Below are positions 1-8,228 of a stretch of 64,000 bases of DNA, piece after piece (the stretch's first letter is position 1; the number at the start of each line of letters is the position of its first letter). The translations under genes and the position numbers were made by a program. This DNA comes from an uncultured Clostridium sp. (lineage in GTDB: Bacteria; Bacillota; Clostridia; TANB77; CAG-508). The DNA is taken from NCBI GenBank assembly GCA_902491155.1, contig CABUGH010000006.1, positions 2,805 to 66,804 of the forward strand, given 5' to 3'. The notes beneath the pieces are model-generated. The model worked only from the letters and a program-made list of their open reading frames with translations. It was not told the origin of the DNA and ran no database searches.

Positions 1-58
1 CTCCTTGCTCGTGCTCAATAACACAAATAAATTTTATTTTCCTGCTCTAATTTCAATT

Positions 59-87
59 GTGTTGTAAACACACTACAACACTTTTTT
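59..87 (+). terminator. Rho-independent terminator
   Basis: 8-bp stem GTGTTGTA (59-66) / TACAACAC (74-81) followed by T6 (82-87). A + frame ending ...LLARAQ* stops at nt 21, so this probably terminates a gene that ends just inside the window. Confidence 0.55.
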
Positions 88-491
88 AGCTGACTGCTTC
101 AAAAAGTGTTAGTTTGGCAGGGATACCCCACACCCCAAACCAAAAAAACTAAAGCATTTTTTAGGTTATTAAATAAAAATTTGCTAACTGCAATTTTTAT
201 TTAATTGAGCCCAAAAATATTTTTTTTGACTCACTCACGCACTTCATACTAATAGACTGTTAGGATTTATACGAAAGAACTTTATAGCATCGGCTCATTA
301 CACCTATCACTTTTTAAGAGTTTGAGGCATTATCTCTTGCATAAAAAAAAGGCACCTGTAATTTTTTTAATTACAAATATCTTTTCTATTAAATATTTAA
401 TTTTCTTTGCCCTCATGTTTTATTTTAAGCAAAATAAAACTGTAAGGTAATAAATTATGCCTACTCAAAAGAATAGGCACAAAATTTCTTA

Positions 492-734
492 TTATTTAAT
501 TAGCAATCCCAATCTAACAACTGGATTTTTCTCTGCCAAGAAAACCTTTTTTATTTTAATACTTTCAGGAATAACTTGTTCTATTTTTCTACCGTTCTTG
601 AGTGTTACGTCTTTGTGTACTGTACTTTTGCTTATTCCATACTTTTTTGCTGCTCCTCTTACTGTGTCTTTGGATTCTATTATATAATGTGCTAGTTCTA
701 CTGCACGTTCTTCTATTGATGATTTTTGCTCCAT
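492..734 (-). CDS. spoIIID: SpoIIID-family HTH transcriptional regulator (C-terminus divergent)
   Basis: 80 aa. IEERAVELAHYIIESKDTVRGAAKKYGISKSTVHKDVT closely matches the SpoIIID HTH signature (…TVR..AK.FGVSKSTVHKD.T). The C-terminal third is only loosely SpoIIID-like. Confidence 0.6.
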   Translation of the reverse strand: MEQKSSIEERAVELAHYIIESKDTVRGAAKKYGISKSTVHKDVTLKNGRKIEQVIPESIKIKKVFLAEKNPVVRLGLLIK

Positions 735-803
735 ACAGAAAAACCCCCTATGCGATACTTTTGTTTAATAGTATTCGCCTTTAGGTGGTTTTAGAACTTT
801 TAA

Positions 804-1215
804 TTATGTTCGATATTCATATCTATATCTCATTCCAATTGTAATTGTTTCTCTAAAAATAATATCTTGAAGTTTATACATATCTTTAGTTCTACAAGCT
901 ACTGTCATTCTATAAGCAGGCCTATTTTTCTTCATATAAATTGGTGTGAAAAATACATCTAATGCTCCATTTTTAAATAATAGTTCTTTAGTATAGCCAA
1001 ATATTTCTCCTCCACAATCATCTATATTTGTTTCCATTACTACGAAATCTTCATTAGGCTTCTCTGCTTCTCCTAAATATATTTTTAATACATTTGGAAT
1101 TTTTAATTCTTTTGTTCCTGCTCCCCAGCCAATTTTCTCTGTTGTCGTTGTTGATAAATATGTTTCCACTTATACCACTTGAGCAGTCAAAATATAATGT
1201 TTTGATTTTCTTGTT
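804..1215 (-). pseudogene. larC: larC (nickel-pincer cofactor nickel insertion, DUF111) with a large internal deletion
   Basis: The 121-aa ORF (804-1169) matches the LarC C-terminal domain (GWGAG…NVL…METNIDDCGGE…GALDVFFTPIYMKKNRP…RETITIGMRY). The N-terminal hallmark KTLYFDCSSGISGN lies immediately upstream (about 1170-1215) in another frame. About 200 aa of the middle is therefore missing. Confidence 0.6.
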
Positions 1216-1700
1216 CTCCTGAATGTAATTTTACAGCTACTTTTCCTGGTAATTCTAACCATATTTTTTCATACATTTTTACTACACTTTCTGGTGTTAT
1301 TTTTTAGTAAAATATACTTTTGCCACTTTTTTCTAGTTATTGCCTAATATGAATGTGTTGAGGACATACTGATTCACATCTTCCACATTTTATACATTCT
1401 GATGCAAATTTTATTGCCATGATGCTACAGAAATTTCTTGATTTGCTTTTTCAAATACTTCTTTTACTCTTTCTGGTGGATTTGCTAACATTCCGCCTTT
1501 TACTGGCTCCATTATTACTGGTTTCTATGTTTTCTTGCTGCTTCATAACATTCTTTTGATTTTTCCATGTTCTTTCATTTCTAAAATCCAATTCCACATA
1601 TCAAAATCATCAAAGAATTTTGTTCTTCCTTCTCCTAAATATGCAATCTCTATTCCTCCTTTTTTCTTCTCTTATATTATCACTTAGAGTTAAGTCAAAG
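1216..1700 (-). pseudogene. Mosaic of decayed ORF fragments (aldo/keto-reductase-like Fe-S oxidoreductase pieces and a DUF362-like piece)
   Basis: Minus-strand frames give MEPVKGGMLANPPERVKEVFEKANQEIS, a ferredoxin-type ECIKCGRCESVCPQHIHI motif, DFDMWNWILEMKEHGKIK and KVAVKLHSGEQENQN. These pieces are separated by stops and frame changes, and no ORF of 60 aa or more occurs on this strand. Confidence 0.4.
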
Positions 1701-1766
1701 TCAATGTTTTTTGCAATATCTATGGAAAAAAGACTAGTTTTTTTACTAATCTTTTTGTATTGTAAA

Positions 1767-2867
1767 TTATTGAAATTTTGTTATGTCATCAATTTTAGCT
1801 GCAAAATATGGGTTATCTTTTCCTTCTTCTTTTAAGAATATTGCAAATGTATTATCAATGGCAAATTCTCTGCTTTCACCTGGCATTAATGCTGTTTTGC
1901 TTACCATCATTCCAGCTTCGCTTTTTATTTTTCCACCTTTTTTATCTAAATCAAACTGTATTGTTTGTAATGCTTTTTCTATCATATAGCTTTCACCATT
2001 AGAAAAGAAAAATGGTTCATTTTCAACTTCTGTTATTTCCTTTTTCTCATTTATTTTTATGTTAGGAATTTTTAACAGTTCTTTTTCTTCTAATTCTTTA
2101 CTTCCATCATAGCTTGATTCTTGTTGTTGTATATTTTGATATATTTCACTAAATGTGTTTCCATTTGGATTTTTGCAAAGGATTACTTCATCTTCTTGTT
2201 TAGTTTTTAATTTTATTGCAAAATCATCTTTTGAATTATAATATAAAACCTCCACTTGATTTCTTAATTCTTCACTTTCATTATTTTTTCTTATTCCAAA
2301 ATATTTTACATTTTCGTAATTACCAAATTGTCCATTTTCTAATTCTTCAAATTCTTTTTCAAATTGAAATTCTTTTTTTAACATTGCATATAAAAAATAA
2401 TCTTCTTTGCTTTTTTTATCCCAATCAAATTGATCTAATATGTCACTTGTTTCATTAAATTTTTCCTTTATTGCTTTTTCTATTTCTTCTTTTAATTGTA
2501 CTGATGGTGTTCCTACTTTTTTATAATAGTATTGTTCTGCTATATCTTTTGTTGTAAATGTTTCTTCATTTAAATTTTTTACTATTTGTTTTTGTGGAGT
2601 AAATGTTATGTCTTGTTTAGCTAAATCATTTTTTAAGTCATTCCATATTAATTGAAATGTACCACACCATATTGTATTATTTTGTATCTCATCTTTTAAT
2701 GTTAATGCTGTTTTTATTTCATTGTTGCTATTAAATGTGTGTTCTTTTGAACTTTCTTTTCCTTCCTCACTTTGCTCTTTATTGTTTACCGCAAATACTA
2801 TTCCACAAATTATTATTGCTAATATTAATATTCCACCTACTATTTTTATTGTTTTTTTCATAAGCAT
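1767..2867 (-). CDS. Membrane-anchored serpin-like protein (distant)
   Basis: N-terminal TM segment (IVGGILILAIIICGIVFAV). The C-terminus, DKKGGKIKSEAGMMVSKTALMPGESREFAIDNTFAIFLKEEGKDNPYFAAKIDDI, follows the serpin hinge/RCL/F.vD.PF.F.I pattern. The N-terminal part is not classically serpin-like. Confidence 0.4.
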   Translation of the reverse strand: MLMKKTIKIVGGILILAIIICGIVFAVNNKEQSEEGKESSKEHTFNSNNEIKTALTLKDEIQNNTIWCGTFQLIWNDLKNDLAKQDITFTPQKQIVKNLNEETFTTKDIAEQYYYKKVGTPSVQLKEEIEKAIKEKFNETSDILDQFDWDKKSKEDYFLYAMLKKEFQFEKEFEELENGQFGNYENVKYFGIRKNNESEELRNQVEVLYYNSKDDFAIKLKTKQEDEVILCKNPNGNTFSEIYQNIQQQESSYDGSKELEEKELLKIPNIKINEKKEITEVENEPFFFSNGESYMIEKALQTIQFDLDKKGGKIKSEAGMMVSKTALMPGESREFAIDNTFAIFLKEEGKDNPYFAAKIDDITKFQ

Positions 2868-3175
2868 TCCACCTTTCTTTTATTTATATATGAAACATCT
2901 AATGTTATTATATTTTTTCTTAAATTAGTGTAAGATTCCTCTAACTCTTTTTTGATTGGAAAGTTTTTATATTCTTCTTCTATTTGGTTTATTTTTTATT
3001 TCCTCTTCTTACTAAATTTTACCTATATTCTAACATATTATGCAAAAAAAATAAAGTAATTTGTTTGAATTTACAAAAAATAGAGTAGTTTTTACAAGTA
3101 TTTTATACTTATATTAACCACTCTATTTTATATTCTATGAAAGTTCTCCAAACTTCCTAAAATATAAAAAATAAC

Positions 3176-3281
3176 CATGCACAGAAATTTTCAAAGCAAA
3201 TTTCGCGCGTGAACAAAGACGCGGACTTTATAAAATGTTCTAATAAATGCTAATGTTATTAATGTCCGCTTTTGCTCTAAT
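3176..3281. repeat. Dispersed intergenic repeat, copy A
   Basis: About 75% identical by eye to the reverse complement of 52036-52126. Shared blocks are gcaca.aaatt, caaatttc, acgaacaaagac and attaatgtccgcttttg. A shorter third copy is at 59950-59980. Confidence 0.6.
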
Positions 3282-3284
3282 ATG

Positions 3285-5282
3285 CTATACTCTTACTTTT
3301 TCATTAACTAACTCGCAAATTAAATTTGCTGTTTTTTCAACTCCAAGAACATCACTATTAATACAAATATCATAATTAGAGTGATTGCTCCATTCTTTTC
3401 CTGTATAATATTTATAATGGTTTGCTCTTAGCTTATCAATTCTTTTGATTTCTTTTTCAGCATTTTTTTGTTCTAGATTATAATATGTTGCTGCTCTATT
3501 TATTTTGTTTGGCATATCACTATAAATAAAGACTTTAAGAACATCGTCTCTATCTTGCAAAATGTAATCTGCACATCTTCCAACTATTACACATGCTTCT
3601 TTTTGTGCTACTTCTTTTATCATTTCAGATTCTTTTATAAATAATTCATCACTATTATTTATTCCAGAATAATATCCACTATTTAGGGCTGCTAAAGCAT
3701 CTCTTTTTTGTTCATTGTTTTCTATATATTCTTGTGATAATCCTGTTTCTTCTGCTATTTTTATTATAAATTCTTTATCATATACTTTAATGCCTAATTT
3801 TTCTGCAACTAGTTTACCAACATATCTTCCACCAGATGCATATTCTCTTGCTATTGTTATTACTACATGTTTATCCATTTTTGCTTCTACACTATTATTT
3901 TCTTTTAATTCTTTTTGTTCAACATTTCCTGCTTTTAAATTCTTTACTTCTTTTACTAATAATATTGATGCTAATATAAATGCTAATCCATCTGCAAATG
4001 GTCCTGCAAATAATACTCCTTTTAATCCGAAAAAGTGGCTAAATGTTATCATTGCTGGTATTAAAAATGCTATTTGTCTTGATATTGATAATATTGCACT
4101 TTTTATACTTTTTCCAATTGCTTGGAAGAATATTCCTGATGGTATTTGTATTCCGTTACATATACATAACATTAAATATGTTCTAAATGTTAAGCATGCA
4201 AATTCTATGTAATTTTCATCTCCGCTTCCAAATATTGCTATTAATTTATCTGGGATTGTTTGGAATAATATAAATGCAAATGTACTTATTATAACACTTG
4301 TTCCTAATACTATTTTTAAAGTTTTCTTAACTCTATCAAATTTTCCAGCACCATAGTTATATCCAAATATTGGTTGGGCTCCTGCTGCTATTCCTATTAT
4401 AATACTGTTTAATATTTGGCTTATTTTCATTACTATTCCTAATACTGTGATTGGTATTTCTGAACCAAATTTTGATTCCATGCCATATTTTCCAAGTAAA
4501 TTGTTTTCTGCCGCCATTACAAATACTATGCTCATTTGTGTAATAAAACTGCTTATTCCTAACATTGCAACATTTTTTACTATACTTGCTTTTATTTTTA
4601 ATGATTCTTTGCTTATTTTGATTGATTTGAATTTTTTAATATAAATTATATTTAATATAAATGTTGCTATTTGGCTTATCACTGTAGCTATTGCTGCACC
4701 TTCAACTCCCATTTTAAATACAAATATAAATATTGGATCTAATATTGTATTTAATATTGCTCCTGTAAGCATTGATGTCATTGAATATTTGGGACTACCA
4801 TCTGCTCTTATTATTGAGTTTAATGTTGTTCCTATCATTGAAAATGGTAATCCTATTGCTATTATTGAACCATATTTTATTGCATATTCTCTTAATGTTT
4901 CTGTGCATCCAAACATTGTTAATAATTGTGGTAAAAATATTAATGTTATGGCGCAAAATATTATTGATATTATTGATGATATTGCTACTGCATTTCCTAC
5001 ACCTTTTGCTGCTTCTTCTTTTTTCTTTTCTCCAAGTTTTAAACTTAAATAGGCTGATGCTCCATCACCAAACATTAATGATAATGCTAATCCTATCATT
5101 GTTAATGGGAACACTACATTTGTTGCCCCATTTCCTATGTATCCTACTCCCCAACCAATAAATATTTGGTCGATTATGTTATACAATGAGTTTACTAATA
5201 ATGATATTATACATGGTATTGAAAATTTTCTTATTAATTTTCCTATTTTTTCTGTTCCTAATATGTTTTCTTCTTTTTCCAT
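3285..5282 (-). CDS. MATE-family efflux transporter fused in frame to a cytidylate-kinase-like (PF13189-type) domain
   Basis: 665 aa. The first ~450 aa are a polytopic MATE-like domain (FSIPCIISLLVNSLYNIIDQIFIG…). The C-terminal ~200 aa, MDKHVVITIAREYASGGRYVGKLVAEKLGIKVYDKEFI…VIVGRCADYIL, are typical of cytidylate kinase-like family proteins. There is no stop between the two parts. Confidence 0.7.
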   Translation of the reverse strand: MEKEENILGTEKIGKLIRKFSIPCIISLLVNSLYNIIDQIFIGWGVGYIGNGATNVVFPLTMIGLALSLMFGDGASAYLSLKLGEKKKEEAAKGVGNAVAISSIISIIFCAITLIFLPQLLTMFGCTETLREYAIKYGSIIAIGLPFSMIGTTLNSIIRADGSPKYSMTSMLTGAILNTILDPIFIFVFKMGVEGAAIATVISQIATFILNIIYIKKFKSIKISKESLKIKASIVKNVAMLGISSFITQMSIVFVMAAENNLLGKYGMESKFGSEIPITVLGIVMKISQILNSIIIGIAAGAQPIFGYNYGAGKFDRVKKTLKIVLGTSVIISTFAFILFQTIPDKLIAIFGSGDENYIEFACLTFRTYLMLCICNGIQIPSGIFFQAIGKSIKSAILSISRQIAFLIPAMITFSHFFGLKGVLFAGPFADGLAFILASILLVKEVKNLKAGNVEQKELKENNSVEAKMDKHVVITIAREYASGGRYVGKLVAEKLGIKVYDKEFIIKIAEETGLSQEYIENNEQKRDALAALNSGYYSGINNSDELFIKESEMIKEVAQKEACVIVGRCADYILQDRDDVLKVFIYSDMPNKINRAATYYNLEQKNAEKEIKRIDKLRANHYKYYTGKEWSNHSNYDICINSDVLGVEKTANLICELVNEKVRV

Positions 5283-5440
5283 CTTTTCTCCTTCCTTATT
5301 TTTTTATATTTTGGCTTTAAAGTCACAAATGAGGTTGGAAAATTTTAAAATTTAAAATTTTCACAACCTTTAAATAATATAAATATTTAATTTTATAGCA
5401 ATATTGCGTGGCAACATCTATATATTATACACGACTTTTT

Positions 5441-6727
5441 TTAAAAAATCAAGAATTTTTTTATATTTTTTGCTGCTTCTCTTCCAGATCTTGCTGCCCA
5501 AGCTACCGTACCTTTTGTGCCTGCTAAATCTCCACCAGCAAAAATTTTAGTATCTGAAGTCTGATATTTTTCATCAACTAAAATATTTCCCCATTTATTT
5601 AAAGTTAGTCCTAAAGTCAATGTTTCATCTGATACAGTCCCACCAAGTGCCATAATTATATAATCCACATCAATACTATAATTACTGCCATCTATGTTTA
5701 CAGGTACTTCTCTTGTTTCTCCTTCTTTTTTTATTAGTTTTGTTTTTATTAATTCTACTTTTTCTACTTTTTCATTTCCTATAATTTTTACAATATTATT
5801 TTGGAATACAAATTTTACTCCTTCTTTTTTTGCTTCTTCTATTTCTTTTTTTTCTGCTGGCATCTGTTCTTCTGCTCTTCTATAAATGATTAATACTTCT
5901 TTAGCTCCTTTTCTTTGGATTGTTCTGGCACAGTCCATTGCTACATTTCCTCCGCCTATTACTGCTACTGTTTTTCCATTGTAATCTGGATGCATATCTT
6001 TTTCTAATAATTCATTTCCTCCATATACTCCTTTTAGATTTTCCCCTTCTACTCCCATTTTTGCAGATTTGTTTGCTCCTGTTGATAAAAATACTGCATC
6101 ATATTTTTGTTTAAGTTTTTCTAAATCTAAATTTTTTCCTAGTTCTTTTTTGTATTCTACTTTAATTCCTAGTTCTAATATATTGTTTATTGTTTTTTCT
6201 ACTACTTGGTTAGATAGTCTAAAGTCTGGTATTCCGTGTGCTAAAATTCCTCCAAGAGAATCATATTTTTCATAAATTGTAACTTTTATCCCTTCTTTAG
6301 CTAAAAACGCTGCACATGTTAACCCTGCTGGTCCTCCTCCTATTATTGCTACTTTTTTACATTTTAATATTTCTTTTTCTTGCTTGTTTTCTTCACTTGA
6401 ATATTTTTCATATATCTTTTTTAAGCTTAAGCCTTGTTCCATTGCTTTGTCAAATATGTAACTTTCTATTGTTCCTATATCTACTGGGCTTCCTTTTATT
6501 CCTCTTACACAACTTCCTTCACATTGCTTCATATGTGGGCATACTCTTCCACATATTCCTGGTAATACACTAGTTTTTGATATTGTAGCATATGCTTCTT
6601 CTATTTTTTCTTCTTTTGCTAGTTTTATAAATTCTGGTATATCATTTCCTAATGGGCATCCTTTGTTTGAACATGGTTTTATTTTGCAATTTAAACAGTA
6701 ATTCATTTTTTCTTGTATATCTTTCAT
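5441..6727 (-). CDS. GltD/NfnB-family NAD(P)H-dependent oxidoreductase (glutamate synthase small-chain-like)
   Basis: N-terminal Cys clusters (CLNCKIKPC…GCP, CGRVCPHMKQCEGSC). FAD/NAD Rossmann motifs IIGGGPAGLTCAAFL and VIGGGNVAMDCART. Confidence 0.75.
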   Translation of the reverse strand: MKDIQEKMNYCLNCKIKPCSNKGCPLGNDIPEFIKLAKEEKIEEAYATISKTSVLPGICGRVCPHMKQCEGSCVRGIKGSPVDIGTIESYIFDKAMEQGLSLKKIYEKYSSEENKQEKEILKCKKVAIIGGGPAGLTCAAFLAKEGIKVTIYEKYDSLGGILAHGIPDFRLSNQVVEKTINNILELGIKVEYKKELGKNLDLEKLKQKYDAVFLSTGANKSAKMGVEGENLKGVYGGNELLEKDMHPDYNGKTVAVIGGGNVAMDCARTIQRKGAKEVLIIYRRAEEQMPAEKKEIEEAKKEGVKFVFQNNIVKIIGNEKVEKVELIKTKLIKKEGETREVPVNIDGSNYSIDVDYIIMALGGTVSDETLTLGLTLNKWGNILVDEKYQTSDTKIFAGGDLAGTKGTVAWAARSGREAAKNIKKFLIF

Positions 6728-6765
6728 TTCTAGTTCCTTTCATTTTTTTTACTATTCTATATTTT

Positions 6766-7344
6766 TTATTCAGTATAGTCAATGTTTTTGACTACTTGGT
6801 TCACACGTTCAGTAACTAGCATTAGGTCTTTAATAAAGTCAATTTTTTTATTTTCATCACGTAGTAATGCTGCTGGATGCCAGGTGGGCATATATGTAAT
6901 TCCTTTTTTTTCAATCCATTTTCCTCTGGAAGCTGTAATTCCATATTCTTTGCCTAATATGTTTTTTAAGGCTACACTTCCTAAAAGTACTATTATTTTT
7001 GGTTTTACTAATACTACTTGATTACGTAAATAATCTAAGCATGCAGTAGCTTCATCCTCTTTTGGATTTCTATTTTGAGGTGGTCTACATTTTACTATAT
7101 TTGCAATATACACATTTTCTCTATTTATTCCGACCATTTTGAATGCCATATTCATCAGTTTTCCTGCTCTTCCTACAAATGGTTCTCCTAATCTATCTTC
7201 ATCTGCTCCTGGTCCTTCGCCTATAAACATTATTGTTGCATTTTTATTTCCTACTCCAAATACAATATTTTGTCTTGCTTTACACAAATTACATTTTTGA
7301 CAATTCTTTATTGAGTTTTCTAGTTCTTCCCATGTTTGGTACAT
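6766..7344 (-). CDS. udg: Uracil-DNA glycosylase, family 4
   Basis: CQKCNLC…VFGVGN…[26 protein letters not shown]…[10 protein letters not shown] are family-4 UDG signatures. Confidence 0.85.
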   Translation of the reverse strand: MYQTWEELENSIKNCQKCNLCKARQNIVFGVGNKNATIMFIGEGPGADEDRLGEPFVGRAGKLMNMAFKMVGINRENVYIANIVKCRPPQNRNPKEDEATACLDYLRNQVVLVKPKIIVLLGSVALKNILGKEYGITASRGKWIEKKGITYMPTWHPAALLRDENKKIDFIKDLMLVTERVNQVVKNIDYTE

Positions 7345-7365
7345 ATGAATTTTCTTTCCTTTCTA

Positions 7366-8217
7366 TTATTTCAAAGCAATTATTGCTGTTTCTAATCCTA
7401 ATTTTTCTTTTTCTACTCTATATGAATGTAGTTGGTCTGAATTGCAGACAGTGCAAATCTTACTGTCTATTATATTCTCTGGTTTCAGTCCTTCTTTTAT
7501 TAACATTGCTTTATTTAATTCTATTGTGTCTATATTCCATTTTTCATCTGTACCTTCTTTATATGGTTGTTTTTTTATTAATCTACTTATGTCTGTTTTA
7601 TTTTTAAATTCTTCTTCAAATAAGTCTTTTACATCTTGTTTAACTTCAAAATGGCATTTTCTAATACTTGGGCACATGCAACAAATTAGATTTTCTGGTT
7701 TTATACTTAATTCTTGCTTCATTTTTTTTACGGTTTTACTTGCTATTTGCTTATATGTTCCTTTCCATCCTGAGTGAATATTTGCTATTGTTTTTGTTTC
7801 TGGATCAAAAAATATTAATAGGATGCAATCTGCACTAGTAGTTGCTAATATTATATCTTTTTTCTGAGTTATTAGTCCATCTGTGTTTTCATATTTTTCT
7901 ACATATATATCTGGCTCGTTTTTTAGTATTTTTCTTGTTACTATTTTTATATTATTTGAATGTGTTTGTATTGGTCTTACTATATTATTTTTTTCTAAGT
8001 CTAAACTTGTACATAATTTGGTGTAATCATTTAGCATCTTTTCTTGATTACATTTTATTATTTTCTCTTTTTCCTTTTTGGTTCCTCTAAAATTAACATC
8101 TGTTCCAACAGAAAATGCATGTGTTATAATATCACTGTATTTTAACAACTTTTTAAATTGTATATATTCTGTTTTATCAGTTTTTGTGTATACTATATTT
8201 TCATTTGATAAATCCAC
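7366..8217 (-). CDS. pgeF: Peptidoglycan editing factor PgeF / YfiH laccase-domain protein
   Basis: QTHSNNI…DGLIT…ADCILLIFFDPETKTIANIHSGWKGT…CMCPSIRKCHFEV…HSYR match the DUF152/YfiH conserved His/Cys pattern. Confidence 0.8.
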   Translation of the reverse strand: MDLSNENIVYTKTDKTEYIQFKKLLKYSDIITHAFSVGTDVNFRGTKKEKEKIIKCNQEKMLNDYTKLCTSLDLEKNNIVRPIQTHSNNIKIVTRKILKNEPDIYVEKYENTDGLITQKKDIILATTSADCILLIFFDPETKTIANIHSGWKGTYKQIASKTVKKMKQELSIKPENLICCMCPSIRKCHFEVKQDVKDLFEEEFKNKTDISRLIKKQPYKEGTDEKWNIDTIELNKAMLIKEGLKPENIIDSKICTVCNSDQLHSYRVEKEKLGLETAIIALK

Positions 8218-8228
8218 TTTACACCTCT

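Noticed and set aside
100-340. Slightly GC-richer ORF-free stretch at the window start (GGCAGGGATACCCCACACCCCAAACC…): riboswitch or T-box leader?
   Set aside because: I could not match it to T-box, purine, SAM or preQ1 cores by eye. The presumptive downstream gene lies outside the window, so there is too little evidence to call anything.
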